From Patescibacteria group bacterium (lineage in GTDB: Bacteria > Patescibacteriota > Minisyncoccia > Phycocordibacterales > Phycocordibacteraceae), in contig JAGWWI010000001.1 in assembly GCA_018970465.1 (NCBI GenBank), forward strand, positions 3,430 to 67,429: DNA of 64,000 nt. Direction: 5' to 3'. A program made the translations under genes and the position numbers. Of this stretch, positions 9,715 through 18,149 are shown piece by piece (position 1 is the first letter of the stretch; each line of letters starts with the position of its first letter). Under the pieces are notes generated by a model. That model saw only the letters and a list, made by a program, of their open reading frames with translations. It did no database searches and had not been told where the DNA came from.

Positions 9715-10434
9715 ATGGTCATCTTCATCGCGCTTGCGGCTGGGCTCGCAACGCTCGCGGGCGGGGCGCTCGCGCTCACATTCCGCGACCACCTACACCT
9801 CATCCTCGGCTTCTCGGCGGGGGCGGTGGCGGGCGTCGCGCTCTTCGACCTCCTGCCCGAGGCGATCGGGCTCGGGGCGAAATATCACGCGGCTTCGGCG
9901 GTAGCGCTCTTCGTCGCGCTCGGATTCTTCGGCTATCTCATCCTCGACCGGCTCATCCTCCTGCATACGCATGACGACGAGGCGCATGCCGAGCACGCGC
10001 ACCCGCGCCGCGGGGCCTTGGGCGCGGCGACGCTCTCGGCGCATAGCTTCCTCGACGGCGTTGCGATCGGCGTGGGCTTCCAGGCCTCGGCGCTGGTGGG
10101 CGCGATCGTCGCGGCGGCGATCTTGACGCACGACTTCTCCGACGGGATCAACACGGTCAATTACATCTTGCGCAACAAGGGCGGCCGCGCGCGCGCCTTC
10201 CGCTGGCTCCTCGCCGACGCCGTGGCGCCCGTCCTTGGCGCGGCATCGACCCTGCTCTTCGCTATTCCCGCCTCCGCGATCGGGCTCGTGCTCGCGGTCT
10301 TCGTCGGCACATTCCTCTATCTCTCGGCCGCAGACCTCATTCCTGAGAGCCACCACCGGCACCCGCGAGCCTTGACTACGCTCATGACGCTTCTTGGCGC
10401 GTTCATCATCTGGGCGGTAGTATCGGTAGCATGA
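9715..10434 (+). CDS. ZIP family metal transporter
   Basis: LFDLLPEA, His-rich loop, AHSFLDG, HDFSDG, DLIPE. Confidence 0.88.
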   Translation: MVIFIALAAGLATLAGGALALTFRDHLHLILGFSAGAVAGVALFDLLPEAIGLGAKYHAASAVALFVALGFFGYLILDRLILLHTHDDEAHAEHAHPRRGALGAATLSAHSFLDGVAIGVGFQASALVGAIVAAAILTHDFSDGINTVNYILRNKGGRARAFRWLLADAVAPVLGAASTLLFAIPASAIGLVLAVFVGTFLYLSAADLIPESHHRHPRALTTLMTLLGAFIIWAVVSVA

Positions 10435-11126
10435 ACGACACTACTATCGCGGTGCGAGACGGGAGCGAGATGCGCGCGTACGTCGCGCGCCCGGACGACG
10501 CGCCGGAGAAGGGGATCATCGTGCTCCAAGAAGCCTTCGGCGTCACCGACTATATCCGGCGCATGGCAGACCGCTTCGCCGAGCGCGGATTCCTCGCCGT
10601 CGCGCCCGAGCTCTTCCACCGCACGGCGCCGGCGGGCACCGAGCTCTCCTATACCGACTATCCGAGTGTTGCGCCGCATATGCAGGCCCTAACTCCCGAC
10701 GGGCTCGCGGCGGATCTCAAAGCTTGCTACGACTGGCTCCTCGCAGAGGGTGTCCCGACGGAGAAGGTTGCCGCGATCGGCTTCTGCATGGGCGGGCGGG
10801 CGGCCTTCCTCGCGAACGAGACGCTGCCACTTGCCGCGTCGGTCTCCTTTTATGGCGGCGGCATCGCCGACCAACTGTTGGATAGGGTGAGCGATCTCTC
10901 AGGGCCCCAGCTCCTCTTCTGGGGCGGGGAGGATGCGAACATTCCGCAGGAGAAGACAGATGCGGTTGCCGCCGCGCTCCGCGCGGCGGGTAAGACCTTT
11001 ACCGAAAAGACGTTCCCGGGCGCGGGCCACGCCTTCGCCCGCGACGTGGGCGACCACTACGACCCGGCTGCCGCGGCGGAGGCATGGGCCATGACCGACG
11101 CCTTCCTCGCCGAGCATCTCGGCTAG
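10431..11126 (+). CDS. dienelactone hydrolase family protein
   Basis: LQEAFGV, GFCMGG, GAGHAF. Confidence 0.92.
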   Translation: MNDTTIAVRDGSEMRAYVARPDDAPEKGIIVLQEAFGVTDYIRRMADRFAERGFLAVAPELFHRTAPAGTELSYTDYPSVAPHMQALTPDGLAADLKACYDWLLAEGVPTEKVAAIGFCMGGRAAFLANETLPLAASVSFYGGGIADQLLDRVSDLSGPQLLFWGGEDANIPQEKTDAVAAALRAAGKTFTEKTFPGAGHAFARDVGDHYDPAAAAEAWAMTDAFLAEHLG

Positions 11127-11178
11127 GCTGTCCACACGGGCGCTCCGCGCCGCCCTCCCGCTTGATACAATCAAGCGC

Positions 11179-11523
11179 ATGAAACTCATTCTGCACTGGC
11201 TCATCGCCGCCGTCGCGATCGGCATCGCGGCGTACATCCTCCCGGGCGTCTCGGTCACGCTTACGGGCGCGGTCGTCCTCGCGATCGTGCTCGGCGCGCT
11301 GAATATCTTCATCCGCCCGCTCCTCATCGTCCTCACGCTCCCGATCACCTTGCTCACGCTCGGGCTCTTCACGATCGTCATTAACGCGTTCCTCGTTTGG
11401 CTTGCCGCCTTGATCGTGCCGGGCTTCTCGGTCGCGAACTTCTGGTGGGCCGCGCTCTTCGCTATCGTGCTCATGCTCGTCAATTGGGTCTTCCACTCCT
11501 GGATGCGCCGCGACCCTGCGTAG
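11179..11523 (+). CDS. phage holin family / YvlD-like four-TM protein
   Basis: LN.FIRPLL..LTLPIT.LTLGLF..VINA. Confidence 0.88.
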   Translation: MKLILHWLIAAVAIGIAAYILPGVSVTLTGAVVLAIVLGALNIFIRPLLIVLTLPITLLTLGLFTIVINAFLVWLAALIVPGFSVANFWWAALFAIVLMLVNWVFHSWMRRDPA

Positions 11524-11548
11524 CACTTGTGGTGGGCGCAGTCGAACC

Positions 11549-11779
11549 ATGATCGATCCCGAGCTCGCCGCTAAGCTCGACGAGATAGAGAAGGTCGCTC
11601 GCGCCGCCTACGAGGCGGCCGAGAAGGCGCGTAAATACCTCTTTTGGACCGGTGTCGCGACTATCGTCGTAATCGTCGTGCCGCTGATCGGCCTCGCGTT
11701 CGCGATTCCAGCATTCCTCACTAACTACGGCAATCCGCTCCAGCAGGAGACGAAGACCCTCAATTCGCTCGGCTACTAG
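11549..11779 (+). CDS. small membrane protein
   Basis: 76 aa, one TM; EK.RKY..WT motif. Confidence 0.65.
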   Translation: MIDPELAAKLDEIEKVARAAYEAAEKARKYLFWTGVATIVVIVVPLIGLAFAIPAFLTNYGNPLQQETKTLNSLGY

Positions 11780-12393
11780 AGCGCGCGGCGCCCGCGCACG
11801 ATATTGAGCGCGATAGGGAGGAACGAGACGACAATGATCCCGAGCGAGATCGGGAGTACGTAGTGCTGGATGCCCGGCACTGCCGTGCCGAGGAAGTAGC
11901 CCAAGGACACGACGCCCGCGCCCCAGATAATCCCCCCGAGCATGTTGTAGGAGAGGAATGTCGCGTAGCGCATCCGCGCGACGCCCGCCAAGACGGGCGC
12001 CAGGGTGCGCACGATCGGCACGAAGCGCGCGAGGAGCACGGCGCGCGGGCCGTACGTCGTATAGAAGCGCTCGGTGCGCTCCAAGTACTCGCGCTTGAAG
12101 AGGCGCGAGTCGGGCCGCTTGAAGAGCGCGCTGCCGACCCGCCGGCCGAACCAATAGCCGACCGTATCGCCGAGGATAGCGGCGAGCGCGACGACGGTCG
12201 CGAGCGGGAGATACCGCAAGAGCCCGCTCCCCGCGAGGAGGCCTGCAGCGAAGAGGAGCGAGTCGCCGGGGAGGAATATGCCGATCAGGAGCCCGCTCTC
12301 GGCGAAGACGAGGAGGGCGACGCCCGCGTATCCGCCCGCGCGCACGATCGCGAGGGGGTCCAAGTGCGCGCACGCGAGCAAGAAGTTCTCCAT
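11776..12393 (-). CDS. dedA: DedA family protein
   Basis: FAESGLLIG.FLPGDSLLF.AG, ARFVPIVRT.AP..AG. Confidence 0.92.
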   Translation of the reverse strand: MENFLLACAHLDPLAIVRAGGYAGVALLVFAESGLLIGIFLPGDSLLFAAGLLAGSGLLRYLPLATVVALAAILGDTVGYWFGRRVGSALFKRPDSRLFKREYLERTERFYTTYGPRAVLLARFVPIVRTLAPVLAGVARMRYATFLSYNMLGGIIWGAGVVSLGYFLGTAVPGIQHYVLPISLGIIVVSFLPIALNIVRGRRAL

Positions 12394-12395
12394 GT

Positions 12396-15300
12396 GGCAC
12401 CCTCTATAACATCGCTTCTTCCTCCCTCGACCTCCCGAACAGCGCCCTCCAGCACTCGAGCATCACGGTCAACGGCACGCTCTTCAATCTCGGCGACTCC
12501 CACAGCATCACCGCCGCCTCCTCGACCCTGCTCGGGGACGCCAACACCTTCTCGGGCGCGAACGCCTTCACGACGGGCCTCACGGTCAACTCTTCGGGAG
12601 CAAATCCGACTATTAATAACACCACGAGCGGCGTGGGCGTCATTCTGCGCGGCATAAGCAGCGGCACCACCGGGCAACTGCGCATCGTCCCCAACGGTGG
12701 CGCATGGGCCGATAGCCAAGAAACGACCTATTTCCAAATCACCAACTCATCCAACAACAACGCGTCCTTCCAAGGGGGGACCTATGGCGCTGACACGCAG
12801 CTTAATCGGCTCCAATTCAATGCCTCATCGACGCAGGTTACTGACTACGCATTCGGCTCGACACCGGTCCCCAACTCGGTTTTCGGTGTCGTTTCCTCAA
12901 GTACCGTCAAGACGCTCTTCGCAGTGAAGAATACCGGCGGCTCGCCAAGCGGAGACTATCTGCAAATCTCTTCAAGCGCAGGCGCGGGCGACCTGCTTAA
13001 GGTCACGGGGGCAGGCCTCGTCGGCCTCGGCACCACCTCGCCCTCGACGACCCTCTCTGTCGGAGGAAGCGGATATATCACCGGCGGTCTTGGTGTCGGT
13101 GTCCTCAACACGGCTGCAGGAACCCTCACCACCTCAGGGAACGCGACGATCGGCGGCACGCTCGCGGCTGGCGCCGCCACCACCACCGATCTGGCGATTA
13201 CGCATCTCGCGAATGCGCTTCTTGCGGCGAACGCCGCAGGGTCCGTCGTCGCGACTACTTCGATAGGCGCCAATCTCCTGACAGGCTCTCTCGGTTCCAT
13301 CAACGGCAGCACATTCAACGCTGGTGCTTCGATCACCATCACCGCGGCCTCTTCCACGCTCCTCGCGAATAACAACACCTGGAGCGGCATCAACACGTTC
13401 ACAAACGCCTCTTCGAACTTCGCCGGCACCTGGCAGGGATACAGTCCGTCGGCCTTCGCCACCTTTAGCTATCCGTTCCCGGCGAACGCCACGACCACGC
13501 TTCTGAGCCTGAGCGGAGGGTTTACGGCGTATGCCTCCTCGACCATTGGTAAGGGAGGAGTCAATGGTCTTACTGTCAACGGGAACGCTACTACGACCGG
13601 CACCGCCTACTTTGGCGGGAATGTCGGAATCGCCTCGACCTCGCCGGAGTACCCGCTTTCGGTAGGGAACATTATCGGAATCGATGCGAGCGGAAACATC
13701 CACTTCGCGACGACCACGGAAATCAGTTATCCCGTAAGCCCGGGGAATTCGGCGCTTGATATCGTGGCGCAGAATGATACGTATCACGACAACCTCATCT
13801 CACTCGAAAACGACTCGATCCTTGCGAGCAACGGCCAGTGCGGCAATGATGCGCTCCGGTTCCGTGACAGCGTCGGGCATGTGGAGCGGGGCGCGATAGG
13901 GTATAGCAGCGTCAAGACCGGGTGCACGGCCGGATATAACCCAGACTATCTCTACGCCGAGATAGGGAATATCAACTCCGCAGATCCTGACGACACGAGC
14001 TTCGCCATCATCAACACGCACGGCCCGGGAGCGCTCAACCTTCCCGGGACCTCCTACAAAGTTCTCGACGTGCAGGGCAGCACGGGGAATTTGTCGCTCA
14101 ACGATACCAGCGGGAACTCGCACTTCTATCTCAACGCATCGAACGGTCATATCGGCATCGGAACGACGACGCCCGATGAGGCGCTCGTCGTGAACGACAC
14201 GATACAGGCCGGTAATACGACTCAGAACGGCAACCTCTACTTCGGCGGTTCCACCATCGCGCTCAAGTCGGCGTATTCGTCGAACATTCTAGCGATTTAT
14301 ACCGCCGGCAAAGAAGCCGCTCGATTCGACGGTAATGGGCGATTCGCGGTTGGGACCAGCTCGCCCTTCGCGCAACTTGCGGCATCCTCGACCTCCGTGT
14401 ACCCGACCTTTATTGCTGACCAGCATGGCTCGGCCCCGGTGGCTCTGTTCCTCGGCGGCAACGTCGGCATCGGCACCGCTTCTCCTAATACGAAACTGGA
14501 AGTGGATGGGAATGTAATCTTCAATCCGAACGCCATCGGAGGCGGCGGCCCCAACACCAACTCGGTTAACCTTATCGGCAATACGAATACAACCGCATTC
14601 CGTGCGACCTACAACAGCGTCGGCGCCCTCTTCTTGGGCCATAACTCCTCGAATGCCGTCATCGGTACCGATGGCACCGACCTGGCATTCCGAACCAACA
14701 TCGCGAGCGGCGACCTCACGAGCGGCTCCGAACTCATGCGCATCACCGCAAGCGGCAACGTCGGCATCGGGACGACGAGTCCGAGTTCGATGCTGACCGT
14801 GGGTACTGAAGGGACGACGCAAGCAATCTCCATCTCAGGCAATGCCGCGAGCCTATACACCGGTCGTCCGACCATAGATACCGCGCAGCTGAAGCTCGGT
14901 TCGGTCACTAGTTCGCAAGGCGGCGGCATCGAGTTCCAGGTGTCCTCGGCCAATAACGGCTACGGGTGGAAGATCGCCGCTCCCAACGTGACCAGCGGCA
15001 ACAGCAACCAGAGTCTGCTGTTCCTGGATCGCTCCAATTCTGCGACGTGGTCAGAAAAGATGAGGATCGACGAAAACGGCAACGTCGGCATCGGGACGAC
15101 GAGTCCGGGCTACCCGCTTGATGTTAAGGCGTCGGGCGCAATAGCGGCACGCCTATACGGCAATGCTGGCGCATCGAGCGACAACGTACAAGTGCGATTC
15201 GCGGGCCAAAAGGACGGAGAGTTGTGGGCGCTGGGATCGGATGTTACGGGAGGCGGATCAACGGGAGACTTTGAATTTTATAACTTAGGGAACGCGGGCG

Positions 15301-16106
15301 GGTCCATGGGTACGAAGCTGACCATTCTGGGGTCTGGCAACGTCGGTATCGGGACGACGAGTCCGGCCTACAAACTCACTGTCGACAACGCCGGATCGGC
15401 CGGCGGCGTTGCAGGCTTCGAGAATTCCTCGGGCGAGTGCGTCATAAATCCGACATCAAGCTCGATCAACTGCTCGTCCGACCAGCGGCTCAAGACCAAT
15501 TTCGTCTCCATCAGCACTACAACCGCCCTGGCCGATATCGAGGCGCTCTCCCCGACCTATTTCAACTGGAAAACGGAGGCCTCGGGCGCGCCGGAGCACG
15601 CGGGCTTCATCGCGCAGGAGGTGCAGCCGATCTTACCCGACCTTGTCTCGCAGGGCTCGAACGGCTACTACATGCTGGACTACACGGGCTTCGTGCCGTA
15701 CTTGACCGCGGGGATCCAGGCGCTCGCATACGAGATGCAGGGGCAAAGCGCCGATATAGCCCGTATACAGGGCCTTACGGGCCTCATGGCCACCACGACC
15801 CTCCCCGAGTCGCCCGCCTCGGGCGTCGCGGCCGAGTGCGTCGCGGGCGACACGAAGCTCCGCCGCCGGAGGAAGCGGGCGGACGGGAGCTACGCATACG
15901 ACGAGACCGACATCGCCGATATCGCGCCGGGCGACGAAGTCCTCTCGCTCGACGAGGCGACCGGCTGCGCGGTATACCGCCGCGTGAACGCGCTCCTGCC
16001 GCGCGGCGTGCAGGAGGTATACGAGCTCCGCACCAAGGGCGGCCGCGTGGTCCGAACCACCGCGAACCACCCATACCTTGTCCGCCTTTCCGATATAAGC
16101 GTATGA
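12396..16106 (+). CDS. giant surface/tail-fibre-like protein, N-part: GNVGIGTTSP repeats, peptidase S74 chaperone domain, N-terminal split-intein half; 5' end apparently missing
   Basis: Frame open from 12396 (GTLYNIASSSL...) with no start codon before GTG 12633; SDQRLKTN at 15477; C-terminal CVAGDT...TTANHPYLV. Confidence 0.8.
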   Translation, partial: GTLYNIASSSLDLPNSALQHSSITVNGTLFNLGDSHSITAASSTLLGDANTFSGANAFTTGLTVNSSGANPTINNTTSGVGVILRGISSGTTGQLRIVPNGGAWADSQETTYFQITNSSNNNASFQGGTYGADTQLNRLQFNASSTQVTDYAFGSTPVPNSVFGVVSSSTVKTLFAVKNTGGSPSGDYLQISSSAGAGDLLKVTGAGLVGLGTTSPSTTLSVGGSGYITGGLGVGVLNTAAGTLTTSGNATIGGTLAAGAATTTDLAITHLANALLAANAAGSVVATTSIGANLLTGSLGSINGSTFNAGASITITAASSTLLANNNTWSGINTFTNASSNFAGTWQGYSPSAFATFSYPFPANATTTLLSLSGGFTAYASSTIGKGGVNGLTVNGNATTTGTAYFGGNVGIASTSPEYPLSVGNIIGIDASGNIHFATTTEISYPVSPGNSALDIVAQNDTYHDNLISLENDSILASNGQCGNDALRFRDSVGHVERGAIGYSSVKTGCTAGYNPDYLYAEIGNINSADPDDTSFAIINTHGPGALNLPGTSYKVLDVQGSTGNLSLNDTSGNSHFYLNASNGHIGIGTTTPDEALVVNDTIQAGNTTQNGNLYFGGSTIALKSAYSSNILAIYTAGKEAARFDGNGRFAVGTSSPFAQLAASSTSVYPTFIADQHGSAPVALFLGGNVGIGTASPNTKLEVDGNVIFNPNAIGGGGPNTNSVNLIGNTNTTAFRATYNSVGALFLGHNSSNAVIGTDGTDLAFRTNIASGDLTSGSELMRITASGNVGIGTTSPSSMLTVGTEGTTQAISISGNAASLYTGRPTIDTAQLKLGSVTSSQGGGIEFQVSSANNGYGWKIAAPNVTSGNSNQSLLFLDRSNSATWSEKMRIDENGNVGIGTTSPGYPLDVKASGAIAARLYGNAGASSDNVQVRFAGQKDGELWALGSDVTGGGSTGDFEFYNLGNAGGSMGTKLTILGSGNVGIGTTSPAYKLTVDNAGSAGGVAGFENSSGECVINPTSSSINCSSDQRLKTNFVSISTTTALADIEALSPTYFNWKTEASGAPEHAGFIAQEVQPILPDLVSQGSNGYYMLDYTGFVPYLTAGIQALAYEMQGQSADIARIQGLTGLMATTTLPESPASGVAAECVAGDTKLRRRRKRADGSYAYDETDIADIAPGDEVLSLDEATGCAVYRRVNALLPRGVQEVYELRTKGGRVVRTTANHPYLVRLSDISV
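14754..15365 (+). repeat. three near-identical 30-nt repeats encoding GNVGIGTTSP
   Basis: ggcaacgtcggcatcgggacgacgagtccg at 14754-14783, 15078-15107 and 15336-15365 (last copy 1 mismatch). Confidence 0.9.
15837..16106 (+). other. split intein N-half (IntN, 89 aa)
   Basis: Block A C1-VAGDT, I.DI.PGDEVLSLD, block B RTTANHPYLV, then stop codon. Confidence 0.88.
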
Positions 16107-17425
16107 AACATACATTGACCGATGTAAAGAAGCGCGTCACTCCGAGGAATAAATCTGTCGCACAGGTGCGCGGGACGCGGGCGAAAAAGGCGGGAAGTCG
16201 TGAGATTCCAGAGCCGGGAATTCGTGATACGGCTCGCCGCATCGAATCGCGGCGAGCCGACATGTCCGCGCGGATCCGCTGCCCGTATTGCGGCTCCCCG
16301 GAATTCGTGAAGCGCGGCATCCGCAGGAAGAAGCATGAGGCCGTCCAGCTCTATCTCTGCCGCGCGGAGGCCTGCGGCCGCACCTTCACGAGCGAGCGCG
16401 TGAAGGGGAAGCGCTACCCCCTCCGGGTCATCATCGAAGGCATGAGCTACTACAATCTCGGCTGCACGCTCGAGGAGACCTGCCGGCTCTTGAAGAAAAA
16501 GTTCGCCGACGACGCGGGCGTGCTTGCGCCCACGCCCGAGACCCTCGCCGCGTGGGTAGAGCAGTACAAGCCGCTCTGCCGCTACGAGCGCATGCGCCCC
16601 TACGCGGTGAAGCTCTTGCGCCCCGCCGAGACGGTCGAGGTCGTGACCATGGCGCACCGCCAGCTCTATCGCTTCCGCTATCATCGCGCCAAGATGTTCC
16701 TCTCGCTCGAGGAGTTCGGCAACCGGCGCCTCGAACGGCTGAAGCAGTACCTCGACGCGGTGTCGAGCGAGACCCCGCACCAGTACTTCGACGAGGGCGC
16801 GCGCATGAGCGAGGTGAGGAGCCGGTTCGACGCGGCCGACATGATCGTGAAGGGGAAGCACAACTTCGCGAATGACCTCGCCGCGTTCGTCCTGCCCGCA
16901 GTCGAGCGCAACCTCGACCGCCACGAGGCGCTCCAGCGCTTCATGATCGCGAACGACAGCGTGACGGTGGCGACCGAGGTGCCGGTATATATCCGCCGCG
17001 AGGACGTCGAGCACCTCGAGAACGAGCTCAAGTTCAAGATCACGGACGACGGCCGCGTCTCGATGAAGGGGGACAAACAGCCGCGGCAGCTGCCGCAGCT
17101 CCTCACGGGCCATATCGACCTCGTGCAAGTGAGGAACGGCATGGTCCACATCCTCGACTACAAGCCCGGCGCTTCCAAAGAGCGGCCCGTCGAGCAGCTC
17201 ACTTGGTACGCGCTCGCACTCTCCCGGCTCACGGGGCTCCGGCTCTTCGAGTTCAAGTGCGCGTGGTTCGACGATCAGGATTACTACGAGTTCTATCCGC
17301 TCCATGTGGTCAAAAAGCTGCGCCCGGCTTCCGGGAAGAAGCCGCGGCGGCGCTATGTCCACTTCAGGGACGGCACGACGGCCGAGGTGCCGCGCGAGCA
17401 TGCCGCCAAGCCGGTTATCGTATGA
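16103..17425 (+). CDS. Zn-ribbon + HTH + PD-(D/E)XK nuclease (Cas4/RecB-like C-terminus)
   Basis: CPYCGS...KRG.R......QLYLC...CGRTFT; ATEVPVY; GHIDLVQ...ILDYKP...QL..YALAL; ATGA overlap with upstream stop. Confidence 0.8.
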   Translation: MKHTLTDVKKRVTPRNKSVAQVRGTRAKKAGSREIPEPGIRDTARRIESRRADMSARIRCPYCGSPEFVKRGIRRKKHEAVQLYLCRAEACGRTFTSERVKGKRYPLRVIIEGMSYYNLGCTLEETCRLLKKKFADDAGVLAPTPETLAAWVEQYKPLCRYERMRPYAVKLLRPAETVEVVTMAHRQLYRFRYHRAKMFLSLEEFGNRRLERLKQYLDAVSSETPHQYFDEGARMSEVRSRFDAADMIVKGKHNFANDLAAFVLPAVERNLDRHEALQRFMIANDSVTVATEVPVYIRREDVEHLENELKFKITDDGRVSMKGDKQPRQLPQLLTGHIDLVQVRNGMVHILDYKPGASKERPVEQLTWYALALSRLTGLRLFEFKCAWFDDQDYYEFYPLHVVKKLRPASGKKPRRRYVHFRDGTTAEVPREHAAKPVIV

Positions 17426-17901
17426 TTATGAATTACTACAAGTCCAAGTATGAGCGGCGGCAGTTCGCGCCGAAGAAGCCGGTGAAGACCTTCCGCGACC
17501 TCGATATCTACCAGAAGACGCTCGAGTGCGCGGTCATCGTGATGAAGAACGTGCGCCCGAAGCTGGCTGCGCTCAAGTATCCGTTCCTGGACGGCATGAC
17601 CGATTGCGCCATGAACGTACCGCTTGCGATAGGCGAGGCGCATTCGATCCGCTTCGCGGACTTCGCGAAGGGACTCGGCCACCTGGAGCGCGCCATGAGC
17701 GGCTGCAACAAGATGATCATCTACCTCGAGCATGCGAAGGGGATGCACGGCGCGAAGGCCGATCCCGACAGCATCATCGACGAGCTCGTCGTGCGGTATG
17801 CCGAGAGCCGTACGAAGAGCTTCCGGCTCGAGCAGTCGTGGAAGAAGTGGCGGCAGGCGGACGCCGCGCTTCCCGCCGCTGCCCGCGCCCCGCGCCTATG
17901 A
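17422..17901 (+). CDS. four-helix-bundle protein (23S rRNA IVP/Avd-like superfamily)
   Basis: KTFRDLDIYQK...NVPLAIGEAHS.RF...LERA..GCN; ATGA overlaps at both ends. Confidence 0.8.
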   Translation: MIMNYYKSKYERRQFAPKKPVKTFRDLDIYQKTLECAVIVMKNVRPKLAALKYPFLDGMTDCAMNVPLAIGEAHSIRFADFAKGLGHLERAMSGCNKMIIYLEHAKGMHGAKADPDSIIDELVVRYAESRTKSFRLEQSWKKWRQADAALPAAARAPRL

Positions 17902-18149
17902 ACATGACCATGCCGCTCAAAAACCTTTCCGGAGATCGCGCGCGCTGGCGCAAGGTATCCGAGCTCGCGCCGGGCATGCTACTTGCCGTCGCCGCTGACG
18001 AGGTCCTCGCGCGCGCGACGGACGGCGTTGAGGACGCCGTGCTCTGGGACGACATCGTCTCGATCGCGTCGGTCGGGCGCGAGGAGGTGTTCGACATTGA
18101 GGTCGCCGGCACGCGCAACTTCGTCGGCAACGGCATCTACGCCCACAAC
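17898..18149 (+). other. split intein C-half (IntC, 84 aa)
   Basis: Blocks F/G ending His-Asn at 18144-18149, followed by Thr+1 at 18150. Confidence 0.9.

Noticed and set aside
11179-16106. Prophage (holin-family gene and tail-fibre chaperone)
   Set aside because: No capsid, terminase, portal or integrase genes; both families are common in CPR chromosomes
16103-17425. CRISPR-Cas locus (Cas4-like nuclease)
   Set aside because: No repeat-spacer array or other cas genes; the long ORF-track start at 15437 is a shadow extension, and the real start is probably 16103
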